Part shown: one piece after another, positions 9,844-20,000 of the stretch
Numbering within the stretch: position 1 is the first letter of the stretch
Layout of the letters: each line of letters begins with the position of its first letter
Source: Clostridia bacterium
GTDB lineage: Bacteria; Bacillota; Clostridia; TANB77; CAG-508
Assembly: GCA_017510825.1 (NCBI GenBank)
Contig: JAFWMA010000015.1
Coordinates: forward strand, 23,707 to 87,706
Direction: 5' to 3'
Length of the DNA stretch: 64,000 bases
Translations under genes and position numbers: made by a program
The notes under the pieces: model-generated
Told to the model about the DNA's origin: nothing
The model's input: only the letters and a program-made list of their open reading frames with translations
Databases searched by the model: none

Positions 9844-12800
9844 CTAAAATCTGGTATCATTATTTCTATTCAATGGTTTATTTTCTTCTTGTTCTGGACT
9901 ATCATCTATAATCTCGTTTTCATCTTCTTTAATGTTTAACTCTGCATTTAGTATTCTTAATCTTTCTTGTTTTTCTTTTAATTCGTTCTCTTGCGAAAAC
10001 TCCTTTAATACCTCTACCTTTGCAGTGTCTAATTGCTTTTGTAGATTATCTAATTTATCTCTTTCCTCTGGTATTCGTTTTTCAATGTTATCTAATAAAT
10101 TATTTAATCTAGTAATGTTTCCATAAGCATCTGTACCAAGTTCTGTTGTATAACTATACTTATTTCTTAAAGTAGCTTTCATGTTTTTACTAAAAGAATC
10201 AAAACTAATTGATAGACTAAATCCTCTATACTCTCCAATAGTTGTTTCTTCCATTCCTTTTAAATTTTGTAATTCAGCAAGTAATATCTTTCCTGCTTGC
10301 TCCTTTTCTGTATATTCTACATCATTTAATTTCATTGGAGAAAAACCATCAGAATTAGGTCTTGTATATTCTTGTAATTTAATTAAATCTTCTTCCATAC
10401 ATGCTATTCTTCTATCTTGTTTTGAAATAGTTTCTGGAAAATATTTTACTATTTTATCTTGTAAATCATACTTTTGGCTCATAAAATTTTGTTTTAAAAG
10501 TGTTAATTTACTTACATCAGCATCCAAATTTGTTTTTTCTAATATTCTTTTATCGCCAGTTGCTAATGCTTTTATTTCTCCATAGTTCAATGCTCTTTCA
10601 TCAACATCATTCATTGTTCTACTAGGAGATTTGCTTGTCATTATTTGAGATATGAATTTTTGTTTATTTTCTACTAACTGGAATAAGTAGCTATCAAAAG
10701 TACCTTCTGTTACATAGGTATAAGTATGAACTAATTTATTTTGATTTCCTTGTCTTACCATTCTTCCTTCTCTTTGAATTAGGTCAGAAGGTTTCCAAGG
10801 GCAATCTAAATGGTGTAATGCAATAAGTTTATCCTGTACATTTGTTCCTGCACCCATTTTTGCAGTAGATCCTATTAGAATTCTAACTTCTCCACTTCTG
10901 ACTTTATTAAATAGTTCTTTTTTCTTTACTTCTGTATCAGCTTCGTGTATAAATTTTATTTCATCTTCAGGTATTCCTTTTAATATTAGTTTTCTTTTTA
11001 AATCATTATATACATCTTCAAATTGATATTCTTCAGATATCAATTCTTCTTTCGTCATATATGATTTTGGCGTTGATAAATCACAAAAAACCAATTGAGT
11101 AGATTTCTCACTTTTAGTATCGTTCCAAATATTATAAACTATTTTAGAACATTCACTTACCTTACTATTTTCATCATCTTGAAGTATAGGATTCATTAGT
11201 CTTTGTTCTAATGCTAGTTTTCTTCCTTCATTAGTAATTTTTAACATATTATCTACACTACTATCGACTTGATTATTTCTTATTTTCTCTGCTCTGTCTG
11301 CTAATGATAAAACCATTTCCTTTTGCATTTCACTTGGTTTTACAGAAATAATATGACTTTCTAAATCTGGTCTTGGCAAATTTAAAGTATCTTGTGTTTG
11401 AATATCTGCTACTTCTTTAAATAAAGCCATAAGTTCAGGTAAATTATGAAATCTTGCAAATCTTGTTTTTGCTCTATAAGATGTTCCTTCTGGTGCAAGT
11501 TCTACTGCAGTTATTGTTTCTCCAAATGTACTTGCCCAATTATCAAAATGTTCTAATTCATTTCGTTTTAATTCATCATATTGCAAATATCTTTGCATTG
11601 TATATAATTCAGCCATTGTATTTGAAACTGGAGTTCCAGTTGCAAACACCGTACCTTTTCCTCCAGTAATTTCATCTAAATATCTACATTTCATGAACAA
11701 ATCACTTGATTTTTGTGCTTCCGTTTGAGCTATTCCACCAACATTCCTCATTTTAGTATATAAAAATAAGTTTTTATAATTGTGAGCCTCATCTACAAAT
11801 AACTTATCTACGCCTAACTCCTCAAATGTTACTACATCATCTTTTCTATCTTGTTTGTTAAGTTTTTCCAGTCTATTTTCTAATCCTTTTCTAGTTTTTT
11901 CTAATTGTTTTATTGAATAACTTCTACCACCACCATTGTTTTTTTCTTCATTAATACTTGCTAAAATATCAGCTATTTGTTGTTCAAGTAATTCACTTTG
12001 TCTTTCTATGCTCATAGGTATTCTTTCAAACTGACTATGACCTATAATAATAGCATCATAATCTCCAGTTGCTATACGAGAGCAGAACTTTTTTCTATTT
12101 TTAGTTTCAAAGTCCTTTTTAGTTGTAACTAATATATTTGCACTTGGATATAATTGCAAAAACTCATTAGCAAATTGTTCTACTATATGATTTGGAACTG
12201 CTATCATTGGTTTGTTGCATAATCCCAACCTTTTACTTTCCATTGCTGCAGCAACCATTTCAAATGTTTTACCTGCACCAACTTCATGAGCTAATAACAC
12301 ATTATTTCCATATAAAATATGTGCAACTGCATTTAATTGATGTTCCCTTAATTTTATTTCAGGGTTCATTCCTGGGAAAGTCAAATTACTTCCATTAAAA
12401 GTTCTAGGAACAATTGAATTAAATTTATCATTATATAATCTTACAAGTTTTTCTCTTCTTTCAGGAGAATTCCATACCCAATCAAGAAATGTTTGCTTTA
12501 ACAAATCTTGTTTGGCTGTTGCTATTGCAGTTTCTTTTTTATTTAAAACTCTTATTTTATTGCCTTCTTCGTCATATACTTGGTCATAAATTTTTACATC
12601 TTTTAAATTAAGGGTATTTTCAATAATTTTATAAGCATTTATTCTATGAGTTCCATATGTAGAATTAGCTTTTATATTCATACTATCAGCACTTTTATTT
12701 TCAATATACCATTCTCCTGTTACATTTGAATATCTTACTTTTATATCCCATCTCCTATAACTTGGAGTATCCAATGTTTCAAAGATAAATTCTTTTATAA

Positions 12801-15800
12801 CATCTGTTGGTATCCATGTGCTACCTAATTTAATACCAATTTCACTTGCACTAATATCCTTTGGAATTACTTGTTTAAGACTTTCTTTATTTACACTAAA
12901 ACTTTCATCTGTTTCAGATAATGCCTCTGCAATTTTATATTTTTCTCTTACATTTCCAGACAAATATTCATCTGCAGTTTGATATTCAAATTCTTGATTT
13001 TCATTATTATTGCTAAATGGTATTTTATATATTATACCTTTTAATTCTTCTACTATTTGCTCTTTTGCCTTTCCAGTAAGTTTTGACATATAATTCAAAT
13101 CAACTTTAGCTTTTTCTTGTAAAGATACAATTAAAGCCTCATTTGATGTATCAACTCTATCAATTTGCTTTTGTGGTCGAATTGTTCTTTTTGTAAATAT
13201 ATCTGCTTTTCCTATGAAGTTTCCTTCGCCATCAAGATTTTCAAGTGAGCATAAAAGAAAATAACTACTATCTTGAGAAAAAGCACTCATATTACCTCTA
13301 GAGTTAATTAATCCATATTCTTTAGAAAAACTATCATATAGACTATTTAAATCTTTTTGGATATCTTTTATTTCATCATCAGAATATCCATCAAGCTCCA
13401 TTTCCATTAATTTACGAAGTGTATCTCTAATTTGTATTAATTTAATTACTCTATTTTTATTTGTAAGTGGAAGTTCTTGTTTTGTCATTATAGAGTTTTC
13501 TCTAAAATACACATCATTATCAATTAAAGTATAAGAAAAATTCTTTACATTAGGATCTGCAGGAATAGTTTCAATATCATCTTGTTCTATATCTTGTTCA
13601 ACTTGATAATCAGATATTTCTGCATGAATATTTGTAATGGCATATTTGAGTTGTTCTTCTAGTGATGTGCTTTCATCAGCTTTACAAGTTGAGTCATATC
13701 CATATTGAGTAGATTCCATTTCCATATTTCCAAGTATCATTTCAGGATTATCTACAAAATACTTATTCATTGTAATATTATTTTCATCTTTGTCTAAATA
13801 AACCCAATCTGGCATAATATCTGTCATATTATCTCTTTTTTGTAAGAATATAATATCAGATGTTACTTTTGTTCCTGCGTTATCAGTAAATGTATTATCT
13901 GGCAATCTAATTGCACCAATTAAGTCTGCTCTTTGTGCAATATATTTTCTTACCTCTGGATTTTCTTTATCCATTGTTCCTTTGCTCGTAATAAATGCAA
14001 TTATTCCTCCTGGTCTAACTTTATCTAATGTTTTTGCAAAGAAATAGTCGTGAATCATAAAATTATTTTTATCATATTTTCTGTCATTTACCTTAAAACT
14101 TCCAAAAGGAACATTTCCTACAGCAATATCAAAAAAACTATCTTGAAGAATAGACTTCTCGTATCCTTTGACTTGAATATTAGCTTTTTGATAAAGTTGT
14201 TCTGCGATTCTTCCACTTATACTATCAAGTTCAACCCCATAAAGTTTAGACTCTTCTAACTCATTTGGAATTAGACCTAAAAAGTTTCCAACTCCACAAC
14301 TAGGCTCTAAAATATTCCCTTTTTCAAATCCCATGTTCTGAATTGCACTATAAATTGATTTAATAACAATTGGAGGTGTATAAAATGCAGTTAATGTACT
14401 AGCTCTTGCTGAATTATATTCTTCTTCAGTTAGTAATTCTTTTAGTTCAAGATATTCATCTCTATAATTTGTTTTATTGTCATCAAATACATCAGGTAAT
14501 CCTCCCCAACCTACATATTTTGATAATATCTCTTGTTCTGTTGGATTAGCTAAATTATGCTCTGATTCTAATCTCTTTAATACTTTTATAGCAGCTATAT
14601 TATTAGCAATTTTTTCTTTTGGTGTGGTAACTCCAAGATTATCATTATTAATTCTAAAGTTTGTAAGAGGTTGATATACTGCATTTACAGGCAAAGGCTC
14701 GACATTTTCTTCTCTCTTTTTTAATAAATTGTTTATATTTTCAGCCTGCTCTATATCTCTCCTTTCTTCTTTTAAATCTTTATACAAACTTTTATCTATT
14801 TCTTTATAGTATCTGTTAAATAATTCAATGAAAACATTTAAAGAACTATCTAATTTTTCGTCTATTCCTCCTTCAGCTAATTTTACTTGATTTAAATAAT
14901 CTATCTCTTTTTGAATTGACTCTTTATCATTAAGAAAATCTAGAACATCTTTTATGTGTTCTTCTTTTGTTTTTTTAGCCTCTAAATTTTCTTCATAATC
15001 AAATTCATCTGTATCAGGTTCTTCCCAGTCAAAAATATTATTATCTATACAAAATTCCACATAATTACTAGCAAAATCTTCTTTCAGTTTTTCTTCATAA
15101 TCTAGGAATTCTTCTTTTTCTTTGTAAGTTAAATATGTTCCATCTTCTATAAATTTTTGAACTCGCTCTGCTACTTTGTTCCAATTAAGTATTATTTCAT
15201 TATCACCTTTTTTTATCTTTAACCCTTTAGTGTTGAAATCAACCCATCCATTTTCTATTGAATATCCACCTTGTCCATATTCATTTTTTAAGAACTCTGA
15301 TGCTCTTTCATTATTATATGGATTTACTAAATGTTCATAAATTCTAAACTTACTATGCTCTACATTGCCTCCTTCCTTTATAATGCTGTCTATTTCTTCT
15401 TGTGATATAAAAAAAGCAGAAGTATTTTCTTTTACCTCTGCTTCTTGTATTATTTCATCTTGTTCTTCTTCTGTTCTATTAGTTGTAAAAAGATTTAATT
15501 GTATATTAGTTCCTGGTACACTATTTCCTCTGCTTGATTCTTCAAGTTGTTCATATTTTGTACCCAAAGAAGTTGATTTTCCTGTTTCATTTTCTCGTCT
15601 ATCTTGTTTTTCTTCGCTAGTTCCATTACTAACTGGTTCACTTTCTCCGTTACTTGTTTGTCTATTTCTATCAAGTGATTGTTTAGCTCTCCTGTCATCA
15701 ACAATTCTGTCCACAATCCCCTCTTGTGTTCCTTGATGTAATTCAACCTCATTCTCCCATATTTTCCTATGTTCAATTTGTTCTGTGGCTCTATTGTTAT

Positions 15801-16683
15801 ATCTGGTATCATATAATCTCCCTCTTTGTGATATGTTATTTCCATTTTCTTCTCTCCTTTCATTATTATTTTTGCTTTTGTTAATTTCATTATAATTTGA
15901 TTTAGTTTTATCATCAAATGTGTAATTTTTATTTTTATACTTTTTGTTTAATTCTCGATTAGTTTCACTTATTTCTCTTAATCCATTTTCAGCAATATCG
16001 CTTGTTGCAATTCCAAGTTTAGAAACTACTCCTATAGTATTAAAATTAACAATTTCTCTAAAATCTTCTGTTTCAATAAAATCTTCTGGATTTAAGCCAC
16101 AGCGTTTTAGCATTATATATGCAACACTATTTGATAATATTTTTCTAAAATAGTAACTTAATGTATCTTCATCTAAATCACTTAAAAAACTATCTTTTGT
16201 AGAGTTTTTTAATTCATTATAGTAGTCTTGAAAATTATCTTCTACCATATTATAACTACTTGATATAATTGCCTCTGACAAACTATCTTTCATTTCTAAA
16301 ACACCAAATGAAGACTCTAAATCTTCTATAATTTCATTATCAAAAATATGATTTATTTCCCATATCTCTACTTTTCTTCCAAATTTATCATAAGTATCAG
16401 ATATGTCGAAAACATGTCTTAAACCAGTCCCATTATTATCTAATAGAGCTATTCCTTTTGCTCCTTTTCTTATCCATCTATGCAATCTTTTATTCCAAGT
16501 GTCTATATCAGCACAAGCAATAGCATCTGGTCTTTGTGCAAAAATTAATACCTGATCAGAGAAATTATATTTATAATTATTACTTGCAGTATCAAGAAAG
16601 CTTATCCAATTTTCAGGAGTATTCGTAATTCTTTTTAATTCGTTACTAAAGATTTCTTTAGTTGTTTCTAGCTTATTTGCCAT
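9844..16683 (-). CDS. Giant ArdC-like N-terminus / DNA methyltransferase / SNF2 helicase fusion (DarB-like)
   Basis: NNYKYNFSDQVLIFAQRPDA ArdC-like motif; LEPSCGVGNF and VGNVPF MTase motifs; LAHEVGAGKT, DEAH, QREGRMVRQGN helicase motifs. Confidence 0.92.
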   Translation of the reverse strand: MANKLETTKEIFSNELKRITNTPENWISFLDTASNNYKYNFSDQVLIFAQRPDAIACADIDTWNKRLHRWIRKGAKGIALLDNNGTGLRHVFDISDTYDKFGRKVEIWEINHIFDNEIIEDLESSFGVLEMKDSLSEAIISSSYNMVEDNFQDYYNELKNSTKDSFLSDLDEDTLSYYFRKILSNSVAYIMLKRCGLNPEDFIETEDFREIVNFNTIGVVSKLGIATSDIAENGLREISETNRELNKKYKNKNYTFDDKTKSNYNEINKSKNNNERREENGNNISQRGRLYDTRYNNRATEQIEHRKIWENEVELHQGTQEGIVDRIVDDRRAKQSLDRNRQTSNGESEPVSNGTSEEKQDRRENETGKSTSLGTKYEQLEESSRGNSVPGTNIQLNLFTTNRTEEEQDEIIQEAEVKENTSAFFISQEEIDSIIKEGGNVEHSKFRIYEHLVNPYNNERASEFLKNEYGQGGYSIENGWVDFNTKGLKIKKGDNEIILNWNKVAERVQKFIEDGTYLTYKEKEEFLDYEEKLKEDFASNYVEFCIDNNIFDWEEPDTDEFDYEENLEAKKTKEEHIKDVLDFLNDKESIQKEIDYLNQVKLAEGGIDEKLDSSLNVFIELFNRYYKEIDKSLYKDLKEERRDIEQAENINNLLKKREENVEPLPVNAVYQPLTNFRINNDNLGVTTPKEKIANNIAAIKVLKRLESEHNLANPTEQEILSKYVGWGGLPDVFDDNKTNYRDEYLELKELLTEEEYNSARASTLTAFYTPPIVIKSIYSAIQNMGFEKGNILEPSCGVGNFLGLIPNELEESKLYGVELDSISGRIAEQLYQKANIQVKGYEKSILQDSFFDIAVGNVPFGSFKVNDRKYDKNNFMIHDYFFAKTLDKVRPGGIIAFITSKGTMDKENPEVRKYIAQRADLIGAIRLPDNTFTDNAGTKVTSDIIFLQKRDNMTDIMPDWVYLDKDENNITMNKYFVDNPEMILGNMEMESTQYGYDSTCKADESTSLEEQLKYAITNIHAEISDYQVEQDIEQDDIETIPADPNVKNFSYTLIDNDVYFRENSIMTKQELPLTNKNRVIKLIQIRDTLRKLMEMELDGYSDDEIKDIQKDLNSLYDSFSKEYGLINSRGNMSAFSQDSSYFLLCSLENLDGEGNFIGKADIFTKRTIRPQKQIDRVDTSNEALIVSLQEKAKVDLNYMSKLTGKAKEQIVEELKGIIYKIPFSNNNENQEFEYQTADEYLSGNVREKYKIAEALSETDESFSVNKESLKQVIPKDISASEIGIKLGSTWIPTDVIKEFIFETLDTPSYRRWDIKVRYSNVTGEWYIENKSADSMNIKANSTYGTHRINAYKIIENTLNLKDVKIYDQVYDEEGNKIRVLNKKETAIATAKQDLLKQTFLDWVWNSPERREKLVRLYNDKFNSIVPRTFNGSNLTFPGMNPEIKLREHQLNAVAHILYGNNVLLAHEVGAGKTFEMVAAAMESKRLGLCNKPMIAVPNHIVEQFANEFLQLYPSANILVTTKKDFETKNRKKFCSRIATGDYDAIIIGHSQFERIPMSIERQSELLEQQIADILASINEEKNNGGGRSYSIKQLEKTRKGLENRLEKLNKQDRKDDVVTFEELGVDKLFVDEAHNYKNLFLYTKMRNVGGIAQTEAQKSSDLFMKCRYLDEITGGKGTVFATGTPVSNTMAELYTMQRYLQYDELKRNELEHFDNWASTFGETITAVELAPEGTSYRAKTRFARFHNLPELMALFKEVADIQTQDTLNLPRPDLESHIISVKPSEMQKEMVLSLADRAEKIRNNQVDSSVDNMLKITNEGRKLALEQRLMNPILQDDENSKVSECSKIVYNIWNDTKSEKSTQLVFCDLSTPKSYMTKEELISEEYQFEDVYNDLKRKLILKGIPEDEIKFIHEADTEVKKKELFNKVRSGEVRILIGSTAKMGAGTNVQDKLIALHHLDCPWKPSDLIQREGRMVRQGNQNKLVHTYTYVTEGTFDSYLFQLVENKQKFISQIMTSKSPSRTMNDVDERALNYGEIKALATGDKRILEKTNLDADVSKLTLLKQNFMSQKYDLQDKIVKYFPETISKQDRRIACMEEDLIKLQEYTRPNSDGFSPMKLNDVEYTEKEQAGKILLAELQNLKGMEETTIGEYRGFSLSISFDSFSKNMKATLRNKYSYTTELGTDAYGNITRLNNLLDNIEKRIPEERDKLDNLQKQLDTAKVEVLKEFSQENELKEKQERLRILNAELNIKEDENEIIDDSPEQEENKPLNRNNDTRF
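15495..15845 (-). CDS. tnpV: TnpV family protein, nested in +1 frame within the helicase-methylase gene
   Basis: MEITYHKEGDYMIPDI...IGKYGRMRLNYIKEH...GELNNHLIEID...WVQNMNNLKNQAEEIVYQELIY; AAAGGAG RBS 8 nt before ATG at 15845. Confidence 0.8.
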   Translation of the reverse strand: MEITYHKEGDYMIPDITIEPQNKLNIGKYGRMRLNYIKEHKRGLWTELLMTGELNNHLIEIDKQVTEKVNQLVMELAKKNKIDEKMKQENQLLWVQNMNNLKNQAEEIVYQELIYN

Positions 16684-16700
16684 AATCTCACTCCTTTCTT

Positions 16701-16949
16701 TTAATTTGTGTTTTCATTTGGATTGTTTAATTTTGATAAAAAGCCCATTACTCCATTCTCATCTTTTGATTTTAGAGAACTAATAGTTTCTCTAATTTCG
16801 ATAATGTTATTAATATCTACTCTTTTATAATCTCCAAGTTTAGGAAGATCTTCAATTTTCATTTCCATTACTTGTTTATCCTTTGTAAAACCATTTTTTA
16901 TTAGTCTTTCTACTGTCATCATTTTTAAATTTGGCTTTTTACCTGACAT
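16701..16949 (-). CDS. Hypothetical protein
   Basis: 82-aa ORF with AGGAGGAG RBS. Confidence 0.65.
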   Translation of the reverse strand: MSGKKPNLKMMTVERLIKNGFTKDKQVMEMKIEDLPKLGDYKRVDINNIIEIRETISSLKSKDENGVMGFLSKLNNPNENTN

Positions 16950-16969
16950 ATTTTCTCCTCCTTTCTTAT

Positions 16970-17002
16970 AAAAAGAGCTAGAAGATTTTTCTCCTAGCTC
17001 TT
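16970..17002 (-). terminator. Intrinsic terminator after adhesin gene
   Basis: AAGAGCTAG/CTAGCTCTT stem plus U-run. Confidence 0.7.
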
Positions 17003-17015
17003 AATTTATAAAATC

Positions 17016-20000
17016 TTAATTTTTCTTACCTTTAAAGAATTTGATAATAATCCAAACTAAACCAAGTACAGCTAACAATACTATTCCAAATGCTAGTCGT
17101 AAATAACTATTGTCCCCTGTTTTTGGTGTAGGAATTAACTTATCTTCAAAATCAAAAGTTATAGTATTATCTGTTTCTTCTACTAATGTATCATCAACAA
17201 AAATACCTTTGTCATTTATTTCAACTTTTACTATTTTTTCTGATAATTCATATCCTTTAGGTGCTTTTGTTTCTTTTATATAATATGTTCCATATCTTAA
17301 ATCTTTAAATATAACAAAGCCATCCTCTTTATTTGCCTCTATTTCAGCTATTAAGTCTGAACATTCACTATCACGATAAATTCCAAATGAGAATTTTTCT
17401 TTGATAGTTTCTTTTGTTTCGCTATCTACTTTGTTTATCTTGATATTCTTTAAAATTGGCATATCTTTCATTTCTACTTTTTGTGTTTCTTTATCTGTTG
17501 TTACTTCAAATTCAATTTTTTCTGTTAGTTCATAACCATAAGGAGCTGTTTTTTCAATAAGTGTGTATTTTTTACCTTCTTCTAGTCCAGGAACTTTATG
17601 TGGCTCTTTTGTAGATGTCCACTCATCTATTATATTTCCTTCTTCATCTACAATTTGTAATTCTGCTCCTTCAATTTCTTCTCCTGTTACTAAATCAGTT
17701 TTTACTATTTCAACCAATTTATCTATCATAACAACTTTTTGTGTTTCTTTTTCTAGAGTAACTTTAAATTCAACATCAGATGCTTTAACATAATCTCCAA
17801 TAGCAACTTCTTCATGTAATTTATAAGTTTCTCCTTCAGTAAGTCCTGTTACTTTATGAGGTTCTTTTGTAGAAGTCCATTCTTCAATTACATTATTATC
17901 TTTGTCTAATACTTGAAGTTTTGCTCCTTCAATTTCTTCTCCTGCAATGTCTTCTTTTGATATTTCAACTATCTTATCTATTAAGTCAATATGTTGATTT
18001 TCTTTATCTGTTGTTACTTCAAATCCAATGTCAGTAGCTTTTACATATCCATCTGGTGCAACTTCTTCGTGTAAAACATATTTCTTACCTTCTTCTAGTC
18101 CATTTATTTTATGTGGCTCTTTTGAAGATGTCCACTCATCTATAATATTGCCTTCTTCATCAAATACTTTAATTTCTGCACCTTCAATTTCTTCTCCACC
18201 AATATCAGTTTTTGTCATATCTACTATTTTGTCTTTCATTTGAACATGTTGTACTTCTTTAGTATCTTCAACTTTAAATGAGATAGATGTAGCTTTTACA
18301 TATCCATCTGGTGCTATTACCTCTGTCATAATGTATTCTTTGCCTATGACTAATCCTTCAATTGTATGTTTGTTTTCTGTAGAAGTCCATTCGTCTACGA
18401 CATTTCCTTCTTTATCTGTTATTGTTAATTTTGCTCCAGGTAACTCTTTATCTCCTGTAACATCTGTCTTTGAAAAATCAAATAATGTTGTATCATTAGA
18501 AATATTCAATTGTTCATCATAAACTTTTGTTACTAAATCCTTTTGTGTAAACTTAACTTCGTATTTATCTCTGTTTAATACAAGTCCATCTAATGTCTTA
18601 GTTTCTTCTATTTCATAAGTTCCCATTGGAAGTTCTGAAATAGTTAATTTTCCATCTTTAGTTAGATTATATTTATTTATTTCTTGACCTTTAGTATAGA
18701 TTTTGCTACCATCAGCCATATCAATAATATCTTCTTTTGCAATTAATTTAAATTCAATACCAGATAAATCAGATGTATCTATAAGTGATGTATCTACATT
18801 TTCTCTGATAGCAATTTCTTTATCTAAAAGTATTCTACCTGTTGGTTGCTCATTTTTTACAACTACTTCTTTAATAAAATCTCCGTCTTTGTCAGTGTCA
18901 TAATCTTTAATATTCTTAATTTCAAAAGTAACAGGTTTATCTAATTGTAAAAATCCATTAGGTACTCTTATTTCAGTAATTTCATAACTACCTACAGGTA
19001 ATTTTAATGGAGTTGTAACTTCTGCTTTATTATCATTTTCTGTATTAAATGAATTATCAGGAACTACTATATTGTCTGCATTTGTTGTAAATGAAGTATA
19101 TGTTGTATTTCCTATTTTTTGAGAAATTGCCTCTCCCTTTTTGAATAATATCTTTTTAGTAGCACGATCATATATATCTTTTGTCGCTTTTATTTCAAAT
19201 GTTGTAGAATTCAATGTAACATTTTTTCCTGTTTTTAAGTCTTTCTTTACTATTTTTATATAAGACTCTAATTGTTCATTATTAACTACAATGTGTTTTG
19301 TTTTCTTTGGAATTTCTTGTATTTCTGTTTCATCATCAGTAATTGAAAATGTGAAATCTACTGCTGTTTCGTAATCAGTTGGTGTTTTTGTTTCTTTTAC
19401 AATAAATTTACCATAAGGTAAGTTCTTTTGTGTATAAGCATTACCATCTTTATCAGTTTTTATTACCTCATAAGTTGGAGCTATAACTTGTGCCTCTGAA
19501 ACTCTTTGACTATTTACATTTACTTTATTCCCGTTTTCATCTATTCCATTCCAAACTTCTGCATAAGTATAACCTTGTTCGTATGCTTTTTCTACTGCTG
19601 AATTTAATTTAATTGTAAATTCTGCACCCTCTAATCCTGGAGTTTCTCCTGAATTAACTTTAATTCCTGATTTGAAAACATGTACTCCCATTTCTTTAAC
19701 CTTTTCTAAACTTGTTGTTGTATTAGAAATTACAGGAGTATTTTGGTCTTTATATACTAAATTAACTTCATATTCCTTTGTATCTAGCATATAACCTAAA
19801 GATGCTCTATCTTCTTTAACAACATATTTTCCTAAAGGTAATTCAGTAATATCTTCAGTTTTTCCTTTTTCATCCATAGTACGAGTTGCAACTAAATCTC
19901 CATTAGAATAGAATTTTTTAGTTCTAGCTTTATTATAAATATCTTCTTTTGCATATACTTTATATACTGCACCTGTAAATATTGCATCTCCTTGAGGTAC

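Noticed and set aside
17440-18480. Long DNA repeats in the adhesin gene
   Set aside because: Explained by tandem protein domains of the SpaA-type adhesin
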